Positions 19,190 through 27,343 of a stretch of DNA of 64,000 bases are shown piece after piece (the first letter of the stretch is position 1; each line of letters opens with the position of its first letter). The notes below the pieces were generated by a model. The model worked only from the letters and a program-made list of their open reading frames with translations, ran no database searches and was not told where the DNA came from. The translations under genes were made by a program, and so were the position numbers. This DNA is from an uncultured virus (IMG/VR IMGVR_UViG_3300033550_000001) (taxonomy: Duplodnaviria > Heunggongvirae > Uroviricota > Caudoviricetes). The stretch is from IMG/VR virus record IMGVR_UViG_3300033550_000001. One strand, 5' to 3'.

Positions 19190-20281
19190 TCACAGGAACC
19201 GGTCCACCAGGCCCTCGTACACGCGGACGGCCGCCGCCGCGTGCGTCCGCTTCAGCGCCTCGTCGTCGCGGCGGCGGATGTAACGCATCGTCGTGGACAG
19301 GTGGCTGTGGTCGGCGAAGCGCCGGATGTCGTCCGGCGTCGGCTTCCCGTCCTGCGCCTTCTGCCCCTCGTCGTACATGTGGGTGAGCTTGCTCGCGCGC
19401 AGCACGTGCGGGGTGAGGTCCCGGCCGGGCAGGACGCCGGCCGCGCGGCCGAGGCGGTTCAGCAGCCGGTCCACCGCGTGCCGGTCCATCGGCCGGCCCT
19501 CGTCGTCCAGGAACAGCGGCCCGGACTCCTGTCCGTCCCAGCACCGGGCGCCCAGCTCGCACAGCAGCGGCGGCAGGGTGAACACGCGGCCCTTGCCGCC
19601 CTTGCGGGTGAGGTCCAGCTTGCACTCGCCGCCCACCGACCTGATGTCCCGCCGGTCGGCCGCGCAGCACTCGGAGACCCGCCCGGCCAGGGTGTAGATG
19701 AGCACCGGGACGAACGCCTGCCGCGCCGTGGCCGCCTGTTCCACCACGGCCTGGAACTCCTCCACCTCCAGGACCGGCGTCATCGCCGTCTCGTCGTGCT
19801 GGTCGATCACCGGCCGGTCGTACCGGGTGATCGGGTTGACGATGTCCAGCCGGGTGCGGAACTTGGTGTACTCGATGAGCGAGGTCAGCGAGGAGCACAG
19901 CCGGTTGACCCGGCGGGAGCCCAGCTTGATGTCGTCGGTCCACGCGCGCCAGTGCGGGATGACGTCCGGGGTGATCGCCCCGAGGTACCACGGCTCGGTG
20001 CCCACCAACTCCCGGCCGGCGCGGGCCCAGTGCCGGACGTCGTCCGCGTACTCGCGCCGGGTGCCGTCGGAGGTGAACCGCTCGGAGGACAGCCACCCGC
20101 AGACGTGTCCGAACGTCTCGCGCTCGCACAACTGGTGCAGCAGGTCCAGCCGGTGTACGCGCGGCCCGAGCCGGCGCGTCCTCGGGTCACGGGGCGCGAC
20201 GGTGCCCAACCGGTCCCGCAGGGTCATGACGGTGCGCAGCGCCGGGTCGTCGGCGGCGAGCGTTCCGGGTCCCGGGGTCAT
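19190..20281 (-). CDS. Tyrosine recombinase (XerC/D-like resolvase/integrase); start uncertain
   Basis: Catalytic R (GRVSE), K (RKGGK), HxxR (HVLR), H (DHS), Y (TTMRY); N-terminal core-binding domain. Confidence 0.9.
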   Translation of the reverse strand: MTPGPGTLAADDPALRTVMTLRDRLGTVAPRDPRTRRLGPRVHRLDLLHQLCERETFGHVCGWLSSERFTSDGTRREYADDVRHWARAGRELVGTEPWYLGAITPDVIPHWRAWTDDIKLGSRRVNRLCSSLTSLIEYTKFRTRLDIVNPITRYDRPVIDQHDETAMTPVLEVEEFQAVVEQAATARQAFVPVLIYTLAGRVSECCAADRRDIRSVGGECKLDLTRKGGKGRVFTLPPLLCELGARCWDGQESGPLFLDDEGRPMDRHAVDRLLNRLGRAAGVLPGRDLTPHVLRASKLTHMYDEGQKAQDGKPTPDDIRRFADHSHLSTTMRYIRRRDDEALKRTHAAAAVRVYEGLVDRFL

Positions 20282-20398
20282 GATCGTCACGGGCGATGAG
20301 CCTACCGGGGCCCGTCGACCGGCTCCTGCAAAACACACGTTTTGCGCTTCGCCCAGAGCGATTCTGCGGCTGCCGGGTTCCGTGGCATCCTCCGCTCC

Positions 20399-20439
20399 GG
20401 GTTGTCCTTCGGCCCGCGAGTATGATTTAATCAATCCAT
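20399..20439 (+). promoter_or_regulatory. Conserved promoter/palindrome P3
   Basis: TTGTCC-N18-TTTAAT; TATGATTTAATCAATCCAT. Confidence 0.85.
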
Positions 20440-20484
20440 CGGACGGGGTGCCGTCCGACAGACCAAGGAAAGAAGGAACCGGCC

Positions 20485-20868
20485 ATGGCCGACAATCCCA
20501 GTCAGGCGGGCGCGCCCCGGAGCGCCCTGCCGTTCGAGATCGTGATCGAAGGGCCCGGCTTCCGTCAGTCCGACAGGTACGCCACGGAAGACGAGGCGTA
20601 CGCCGAAGCCCGGCGCATCCGGGACGAACGCGGCCGTGCGGACAGGGTGGCCTTCCGCACGAAGTTCGGTCACACGGGCACCTACGCCGTAGGCGGTGTC
20701 ATGGTCAACAGGTGGAACCCTCTTACGCGGCGGTGGGCCAGCCACGCGCAGCCCTGGAGCAGGAACCGTCCGAAGCCCGGGGCCCTTACCCCGCTGCCGC
20801 GCGACTGGCACGGCGACCCGCTGCCGGCCGACTGGTACGCCGACCCGTCCGACGGGGAGAACTGGTGA
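20485..20868 (+). CDS. Hypothetical protein
   Basis: Follows P3 and a GACCAAGGAA..GGAACCGGCC leader. Confidence 0.75.
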   Translation: MADNPSQAGAPRSALPFEIVIEGPGFRQSDRYATEDEAYAEARRIRDERGRADRVAFRTKFGHTGTYAVGGVMVNRWNPLTRRWASHAQPWSRNRPKPGALTPLPRDWHGDPLPADWYADPSDGENW

Positions 20869-21521
20869 GCAGCGTGACCCGACGCGAGATGCCCAAGACG
20901 GAGCGCGCGGCCCGCGACGCGATGAAGCCCTACGTCCGCGACGGCCTCATCAGCCAGGCCGAGGCGAACAAGGTGCTCCGCAAGGGACTCACCCTGGTGG
21001 AGAGCGTCGTCCGCGACAACTACTCGCCGGACCAGACGCTGTACTACGCCGGCAAGGTCGCGGCGGCGCGAGAGGCGTTCGACGCACAGGACAACCCCGT
21101 GGTGCGCGTCATCCTCCGGGGCAAGCTGATGGGCTGGGAGATGTACGCGGCCGTCTACGCTGTGGTGCGCGAGGAGCACGGCGACACGGACATCCCGACG
21201 GGCCTGGCCGAAGAGGTCGTGACTACTGTCCGCGAGACCGCGCGGGAGGCCCGCGAGACGTACCGCGTCCTGATCGAACGCCACCACCCGCGCGGCGGCA
21301 TGATCGGCGCCGGCGTCCGCGTGGTGTCGGCCGCCGACAAGGACGAGGCCGCACGCATCGCGGTCGCCGAATCCGTGGACTTCCGCCGGGAACAGAACGC
21401 AAAGGCCCGCGCGGAGATGGCTCGCACCGGCCAGACCTGGCCGCTCCCGTCCGAGGACCCGAAGGACTTCGTGGTCAAGAACGTCCGCCGCGCCCCGAGG
21501 CGTAAGGCCGCCACGGTCTGA
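20865..21521 (+). CDS. Hypothetical protein
   Basis: GTGA overlap; good codon usage. Confidence 0.7.
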   Translation: MSSVTRREMPKTERAARDAMKPYVRDGLISQAEANKVLRKGLTLVESVVRDNYSPDQTLYYAGKVAAAREAFDAQDNPVVRVILRGKLMGWEMYAAVYAVVREEHGDTDIPTGLAEEVVTTVRETAREARETYRVLIERHHPRGGMIGAGVRVVSAADKDEAARIAVAESVDFRREQNAKARAEMARTGQTWPLPSEDPKDFVVKNVRRAPRRKAATV

Positions 21522-21577
21522 CCCGCCTGCGCACCGGCGCCTCGATCCGGGGCACCGGCCGATCCGAGGATGGTCCC

Positions 21578-21619
21578 GGGGTTGTCTTCTCCGCAAGGTC
21601 ATGGTTTAATTAATTCATC
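21578..21619 (+). promoter_or_regulatory. Conserved promoter/palindrome P4
   Basis: TTGTCT-N17-TTTAAT; ATGGTTTAATTAATTCAT. Confidence 0.85.
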
Positions 21620-21664
21620 GGGACGGGGTACCGGACCGACAGACCAAGGAAGAAGGAACCCGCC

Positions 21665-22021
21665 ATGAACACCACCGCCACCCGCACCGCCGCCCCCGCC
21701 ATGGTCTGCATCGCCGCCGTCCTGCGCGAGCACGAGGCGCTGCTGGCCAAGTACGGTGTCCACGGCGTCGCCGGTGTCCTCGCCTACATCACCGCCGACG
21801 GCTACGGCTACCGCTACGACGAGGACAACCCGCTGCCCCTGCTGGCCCGCCGCATCGGCCGCATCGGCTCCCGCATCGCCGGTGTCCGCCGCGTCAACCG
21901 CCGCACCGTCGAGACCCACGAGGTGGGCGAAGCCCGTATGCGGGACGGCATCCTGCTCCAGGACATCGCCAACACCATCGACTCCCTGCTCACCGGCGGC
22001 GGGGTCGTCGGCCGCACCTGA
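21665..22021 (+). CDS. Hypothetical protein
   Basis: Single-gene unit with P4, leader and terminator. Confidence 0.8.
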   Translation: MNTTATRTAAPAMVCIAAVLREHEALLAKYGVHGVAGVLAYITADGYGYRYDEDNPLPLLARRIGRIGSRIAGVRRVNRRTVETHEVGEARMRDGILLQDIANTIDSLLTGGGVVGRT

Positions 22022-22034
22022 CCCGCAGACACAC

Positions 22035-22072
22035 CGAAGCCCCGGGACTCCACCACAGGTCCCGGGGCTTCG
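22035..22072. terminator. Hairpin between convergent genes
   Basis: CGAAGCCCCGGGAC..GTCCCGGGGCTTCG. Confidence 0.8.
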
Positions 22073-22085
22073 TCGTTCCCGTGTC

Positions 22086-22466
22086 TCACACGGGCCAGTG
22101 CCGGCCGCCCGCCTGCCCGAAGGCGCCGACGTACACCCGGTGCAGGTATCCGCCGGGCTGCCAGTGGGTACCCCGCCTGCCGGAAATAAACCTGTGACCC
22201 GTGCGGGCCATCACACGGGCCACCTCCGGGAACTGACGGTCCAGCAGAAGCGCGGACAGCTCCACCGCCACCGGCGCGACGAGAGCGGCGGCGTCCTCGT
22301 CCTTGGTGGCCTCGTGCACGGCGGCCCGGACGGCGAGGACCCGTACGGCATCGGCCACGCACCCGGCCACGTCCGGCATCTCCGGGTCCGCCGTCCAGGC
22401 GTCGTGGATCTCCGCCGCGCGGCGGACGGTGTCGGTGAGGGTGGGAAGGCCGAGTGTGGCGGGCAT
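22086..22466 (-). CDS. Hypothetical protein divergent from the XRE regulator
   Basis: GGAGGA SD before the ATG. Confidence 0.7.
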   Translation of the reverse strand: MPATLGLPTLTDTVRRAAEIHDAWTADPEMPDVAGCVADAVRVLAVRAAVHEATKDEDAAALVAPVAVELSALLLDRQFPEVARVMARTGHRFISGRRGTHWQPGGYLHRVYVGAFGQAGGRHWPV

Positions 22467-22596
22467 GATGTCCTCCGGGGGTTGCTGTCGTAATGGCCAG
22501 TCAACCCCCTGCCACGGCCCGCGCGTAGCTGCCAGACTGTAGGCCAGGCGTAGGCCAGCCGTAGACCAGAGACCAGTGACCAGGACCGAGGAAGAC

Positions 22597-23892
22597 ATGT
22601 CGACAATCGGCGAACGCATTCGCGCCGCCCGGGAGGCCCGGACCCCACGGTGCAGCCAGGCCGCCCTCGCGGACCAGTTATCGGAGCTGCGCTGGGGACG
22701 GCGGGGACACTGCGACCGGCAGCAGGTCTACCGGTGGGAGACCGGCCGGCGTATCCCGGTGGACTGGCTCCCCTACATCGAACAGGCGCTGGGCGTCGCC
22801 CTCCAGGATCACTTTCGCGGTGCTGCGGAAGTGACCGCCGGCCCGGACGACACGGTGACCTCGGTCATGACCCTTGGGGGAGACGACGTGAACCGGAGGA
22901 CGTTCCTCGCCGCCTCGGCCGGCGCGGGCCTGGCCGCCCTGGACCTCCCGGACCCCGAGGCGGTGACCCGGCGCGTGGCCCGGTCCGGCCCGGCGGCCGT
23001 CGGCATGGGCGAGGTGGCCGCCGTGCGCACCATGACCGGCACCCTCGGGGACGCGGCCTCGGAACTGGGCGGCGGACACGCGCGGCACCTCGCCGTGCGC
23101 TACCTGACCGAGGACGTACGCCGGTGGCTGGACGGCCGGTACACCGCAGCCGTGGGCCGGGAGCTGTTCGCGGCGACCGCCGAACTGGTCCACCTCATCG
23201 GCTGGATGGCGCGGGACGAGGGCAACGTGGGCCTGAGCCAGCGCTACCTCGTCCACTCCGTACGGCTGGCCACCGAGGCCGGGGAGAACGAGCTGGCGGC
23301 GACCGCGCTGCGCGGGCTCGCTGACCAGGCCATCGACCTCGGGCACATCCCCACGGCGGTGCGGCTGGCCGAGGCGTGCGAGGAGCGCGGCCGGCGGCTG
23401 GACAACCCCAAGGCGCTCGCCTACTACCGCAACACCCTCGCGCGGGCGAAGGCGGCCGACGGCGACCGCGCCACGGCGGCCCGGCTGCTGTCCGCCGCGC
23501 AGGGCGCGATGGAGCACGCCCCGTCCGCTCCGGGGCAGTCGTGGGCGTCGCACTACAGCCACGGCCGGTGGGCGCACGACTCCGGGATGATCCACGCCCG
23601 GCTCGGTGACCTCGCCGCCGCCGAGGAGCACCTGAACCTGGCACTGGACATTCACGGCCTGGACCGCAAGCGCACGCGGGCCATCGTGCTCGCCGACCTG
23701 GGACACGTGCAGCTCAAGCGCGGCAACACCGCGCAGGCGCTGCACACCTGGGACGACTTCCTGACGTGCTCCGCCGGCGTGCAGTCCACGAAGATCTCCG
23801 ACGGCCTGGCCACCGTGGCCGCGCGACTGCCGTCCGTCCCCGACTCGCCGGCCGTCACCGACCTGCGCGAGCGGGTGTCCGCGCGGCTGTGA
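22597..23892 (+). CDS. XRE-family HTH plus TPR-like regulator (Streptomyces NsdA-like type)
   Basis: IGERIRAAR..SQAALA..VYRWETGRRIP, then VNRRTFL and helical repeats; TTA codon at 22678. Confidence 0.85.
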   Translation: MSTIGERIRAAREARTPRCSQAALADQLSELRWGRRGHCDRQQVYRWETGRRIPVDWLPYIEQALGVALQDHFRGAAEVTAGPDDTVTSVMTLGGDDVNRRTFLAASAGAGLAALDLPDPEAVTRRVARSGPAAVGMGEVAAVRTMTGTLGDAASELGGGHARHLAVRYLTEDVRRWLDGRYTAAVGRELFAATAELVHLIGWMARDEGNVGLSQRYLVHSVRLATEAGENELAATALRGLADQAIDLGHIPTAVRLAEACEERGRRLDNPKALAYYRNTLARAKAADGDRATAARLLSAAQGAMEHAPSAPGQSWASHYSHGRWAHDSGMIHARLGDLAAAEEHLNLALDIHGLDRKRTRAIVLADLGHVQLKRGNTAQALHTWDDFLTCSAGVQSTKISDGLATVAARLPSVPDSPAVTDLRERVSARL

Positions 23893-23974
23893 GCCCCGGA
23901 ACACCCTGACCTCTTCCCACGGCCCGGCGTCCACCCGGCGCTAGGCTCGGCCCCTACACGAGAAGGAACAGACT

Positions 23975-24247
23975 GTGACCGCCACCCTCACCCCGTTCGC
24001 ACTCCTCGTCGCAGACCCGGAGCCGCCCACCGACCGCACGCCGGCGCACACGTACGACCGGCTGCGCCAGCTCAACATCACCCCGGCCGGCGACGCCGTG
24101 GTGGACGTCGCCGACGTCTGGGCCACGACCATGACCCACAACAACAAGGGATTCAAGCGGGACGACGACTTCGCCGACGCCACGCCCGCGCTGGTCGGAC
24201 CGACCATGACCCACAACTCCACCGGGCTCAAGAAGGACGACGACTGA
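23975..24247 (+). CDS. ATP-grasp RiPP (graspetide) precursor with two core repeats
   Basis: Leader PFAL..YDRLRQLN; cores TTMTHNNKGFKRDDD and PTMTHNSTGLKKDDD. Confidence 0.85.
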   Translation: MTATLTPFALLVADPEPPTDRTPAHTYDRLRQLNITPAGDAVVDVADVWATTMTHNNKGFKRDDDFADATPALVGPTMTHNSTGLKKDDD

Positions 24248-24249
24248 TC

Positions 24250-25257
24250 ATGCCGCTCCCACCCACCGTGCTTGTCGTCACCTCCCCCGGCGACCTCGGG
24301 GCCGACATGGTGATACGGCAGATTCAGGAACGCGGCGTCTCCATCCACCGCGTCGACCCGTCGGACCTCGCGCGCCCGGGGGTCCTGACGATGACCGGTC
24401 TCTCGGACGGCGAGCCGCTACGGTTCACGCTCTCGGACGCGCACCGGTCCACCCTGTCGCAGTCGGTCGTGTCGGTTCTCTGGTGGCACCCCGGCCTGCC
24501 GGGCGGGTGGGAGCAGCAGGAGTCCCGCGTCATCCTGGAGGACTTCCTGTTCGGTCTCGACGACGTGCTGTGGGTCAACCACCCGCACCGCGCCCTGTCG
24601 GCGAGGCCGGGGCCGAGGCAGTTGCGGCTGGCCGCGTCGCTCGGGTTACGCACGCCGCCCGCCCTGTTCACCAACGACCCGAGCCGTGCCGTCACGTTCG
24701 CCCGGGAGCAGGGCGGCCGGGCGGTGTGCAAAACCCTCACCGCGCACCCGTCCCGGTTCGTCCAGGCCCGGCTCACGACGGCCGAGGAGATCGAGGACGC
24801 GGCCGACAGCGTGCGCCAGGCCGTGTGCTACCTCCAGCGGCCGGTGGACAAGGTGTACGACGTCCGGCTGACCGTGGTCGGCGACCGCGCGTTCCCCTGC
24901 AAGGTGACCTCCGGGGGCGCGCTGGACTGGCGGGCCGCCCCGGAGCGGGACCTGCGGTTCGAGGCCGTGGGCGCCAGCCTGCCCCTGGTCCAGAAGGTGC
25001 AGCGGCTGATGGACGCGTTGGGCCTGGAGTACGCGGCGCTGGACTTCGCCGTCGATCGTGACGGCACGTGGTGGTTCCTGGAGGCGAACCCGTTCGGCCA
25101 GTTCGGGTTCGTGGAGGCGGCGACCGGCATGGTCATCTCGCGCGCCGTCTCCGACCACCTCGTCCAGACCGCGCTCGCCACCCGCGTCTACACCCCGGGA
25201 GGCGGCCACCGCGCGTCTTCCGGGGCGGCGTGGCAGCGGGGTTCCGCCGGCGCGTAG
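24250..25257 (+). CDS. ATP-grasp ribosomal peptide maturase
   Basis: WVNHP, QLRLAASLGL, YDVRLTVVG, LDWR, DFAVD..WWFLEANPFGQF; TTA codon at 24646. Confidence 0.9.
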   Translation: MPLPPTVLVVTSPGDLGADMVIRQIQERGVSIHRVDPSDLARPGVLTMTGLSDGEPLRFTLSDAHRSTLSQSVVSVLWWHPGLPGGWEQQESRVILEDFLFGLDDVLWVNHPHRALSARPGPRQLRLAASLGLRTPPALFTNDPSRAVTFAREQGGRAVCKTLTAHPSRFVQARLTTAEEIEDAADSVRQAVCYLQRPVDKVYDVRLTVVGDRAFPCKVTSGGALDWRAAPERDLRFEAVGASLPLVQKVQRLMDALGLEYAALDFAVDRDGTWWFLEANPFGQFGFVEAATGMVISRAVSDHLVQTALATRVYTPGGGHRASSGAAWQRGSAGA

Positions 25258-25269
25258 GGCCGCCCGCTG

Positions 25270-25300
25270 AGCCCCGGAACCGTCGGGTTCCGGGGCTTTG
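25270..25300 (+). terminator. Hairpin terminator
   Basis: AGCCCCGGAACC..GGTTCCGGGGCT followed by TTG. Confidence 0.75.
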
Positions 25301-25501
25301 CTGTGGGAGTAGGCGATATGGCCTGGTGCGCGTATGGTGCGCGCAGTTCCCCGACTTCCTCGGGTCAGGGTGCGCAGGGGTGTGGGCCCCGCTGGTGGTG
25401 GCCGGCGGGGCCCACGCATGAGCCGGTCCCGGGCGTCCGTAAAACGGCTATTCGGATGATCGCGGCTACCATGCCCCACGATCCGAGCCGGGGAGGTCCG
25501 C

Positions 25502-27343
25502 ATGCCGTGGTACGACGTATTCCGGGGACGAGGTGTCACCCACCCCTCCCCGCTGCCCGCGCCGCAGCCCGAGGCGCTGACGGCCGCCGCAGCAGAGCCA
25601 CCCGGCCCGGAGACCAAGTTCCTGCGCCGCACGGACCGCTGGCAGGAAGAGGTCTGGCAGTTCCACGAGAGCCTGGGGGAGTTCAACTACGGCGTCTGGT
25701 GGCTCAGCAACATGCTGTCCCGGGTACGCCTGCGCGCCGCCAGGCTCCAGCCGGACAGCGACGAACCGGAGATCGTCACCGGTGGTACGGCCGCTGACCT
25801 GATGATGCGCCTCGGCGGAGGGGTCGCCGGGCAGGCCCAGCTCATGCGCCGCCTGACGGTGCAGCTCTCCCTCCCCGGTGAGGGCTACCTGGTCGGCGAG
25901 CAGGACGGCAAGGTGGAGCGCTGGCAGGTCCGGTCCGTGGACGAGATCCGCGTCCAGTCCGGCAAGTACCAGGTGATGGACGAGGAGTCGGCGACCACCG
26001 GCCAGGACTGGCGGGACCTCGCGCCGGACCACCACGTCGTCCGCGTCTGGCGTCCGCACGACAGGTACTTCCACCTCGCCGACTCCCCGGCCCGCAGCGC
26101 GCGGGACATCATGCGCGAGCTGGAGCTGGTCAACCGGAAGATCACGTCTGAGTACCTGTCCCGCCTGGCGTCGGCCGGCCTCGTCCTGCTGCCGGACGAA
26201 CTGACCTTCCCGGTACGCGAGGAGTTCGCCGACGAGCCCAACCCGCTCATGGCGGAGTGGATCGAGATCAGCGCCACCGCGATCCAGAACCCTGGCACCG
26301 CCTCCGCCGTCGTCCCCATCCCGCTGGTCGGTCCGGCGGACGCCATCGACAAGGTGAAGCACATCGACTTCACCCTGAAGATCGACGAAAAGATCATCGA
26401 GAAGCGGGACAGCGCGATCAAGCGTCTGGCCACCAAGCTGGACATGCCCGCCGAGATCCTGCTGGGCATGGGTGACGTCAACCACTGGGGCGCCTGGCAG
26501 CTCGAAGAGGGCGCGCTGAAGACGCACATCGCCCCGGTGGCGGAACTGATCTGCGACGCCCTCACGCGCGGCTACCTCCAGCCCCGGCTGGAGGCGTCCG
26601 GCGAGGACCCTGCCGCGTGGGTCGTCTGGTACGACATGAGCGAGCTGGCCATGCGCCCGGACCGCAGCGGCAACGCGACGCTGGCATACGACCGCATGGA
26701 GCTGTCGCCCGAGGCGTACCGCCGGGAACTTGGTTTCGGCGAGTCCGACAAGCCGGAAGGCGACGAGCTGCGCAACCTGGCCTTGAAGACCATCATCCGC
26801 ACGCTGCCGTCCGGCGCCGCGTCCGCCCTCGCGCAACTGCTTGGCGAGGACGTCCCGCAGATCGTCCCCGTCTCCCCGCAGGACCCCGGCACGGCCGAGG
26901 CAGTGCAGGAGGGCAACACCCCGCCGCCTGCGGGCGAGCAGACGTCCGGGAGCCCTGCCGACCGCCCGGCCCCGCAGGGCGACCAGCCGCCGCCGACGCA
27001 GGACGAGACCGGGCCCCCGTCGCAGGCGGCGGCAGCGGAGCGGGCGCGGCTCCTCGTCCAGCAGGCGCGCACACAGCACATGCTCCGGGTCGGCGCGGCC
27101 GGCCGGTGGGAACTGCTGCACCCCGCGCTGTGCGGCGAGCACGAGTACTCCTGTCCGTTCACGCACGCGGTCGCCACGGCGGCCCCGTCGGCACGGCCCG
27201 GGAGCAGCGGGACCTACCTGTGCCACCTGGACGCCTTCGGCCGCCTGGTGCTGGACGGCCGCAGCCCCTACGCGGACACCACGGCGATGATCTCTACGTC
27301 CCTGCGGCCGAGGGCGGTGAGCGGTCATGGAGCAGCACGCTGA
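25502..27343 (+). CDS. Portal protein with C-terminal extension
   Basis: SRLASAGL, AIKRLA..LDMPAEILLGMGDVNHW motifs; first gene of the head module. Confidence 0.85.
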   Translation: MPWYDVFRGRGVTHPSPLPAPQPEALTAAAAEPPGPETKFLRRTDRWQEEVWQFHESLGEFNYGVWWLSNMLSRVRLRAARLQPDSDEPEIVTGGTAADLMMRLGGGVAGQAQLMRRLTVQLSLPGEGYLVGEQDGKVERWQVRSVDEIRVQSGKYQVMDEESATTGQDWRDLAPDHHVVRVWRPHDRYFHLADSPARSARDIMRELELVNRKITSEYLSRLASAGLVLLPDELTFPVREEFADEPNPLMAEWIEISATAIQNPGTASAVVPIPLVGPADAIDKVKHIDFTLKIDEKIIEKRDSAIKRLATKLDMPAEILLGMGDVNHWGAWQLEEGALKTHIAPVAELICDALTRGYLQPRLEASGEDPAAWVVWYDMSELAMRPDRSGNATLAYDRMELSPEAYRRELGFGESDKPEGDELRNLALKTIIRTLPSGAASALAQLLGEDVPQIVPVSPQDPGTAEAVQEGNTPPPAGEQTSGSPADRPAPQGDQPPPTQDETGPPSQAAAAERARLLVQQARTQHMLRVGAAGRWELLHPALCGEHEYSCPFTHAVATAAPSARPGSSGTYLCHLDAFGRLVLDGRSPYADTTAMISTSLRPRAVSGHGAAR

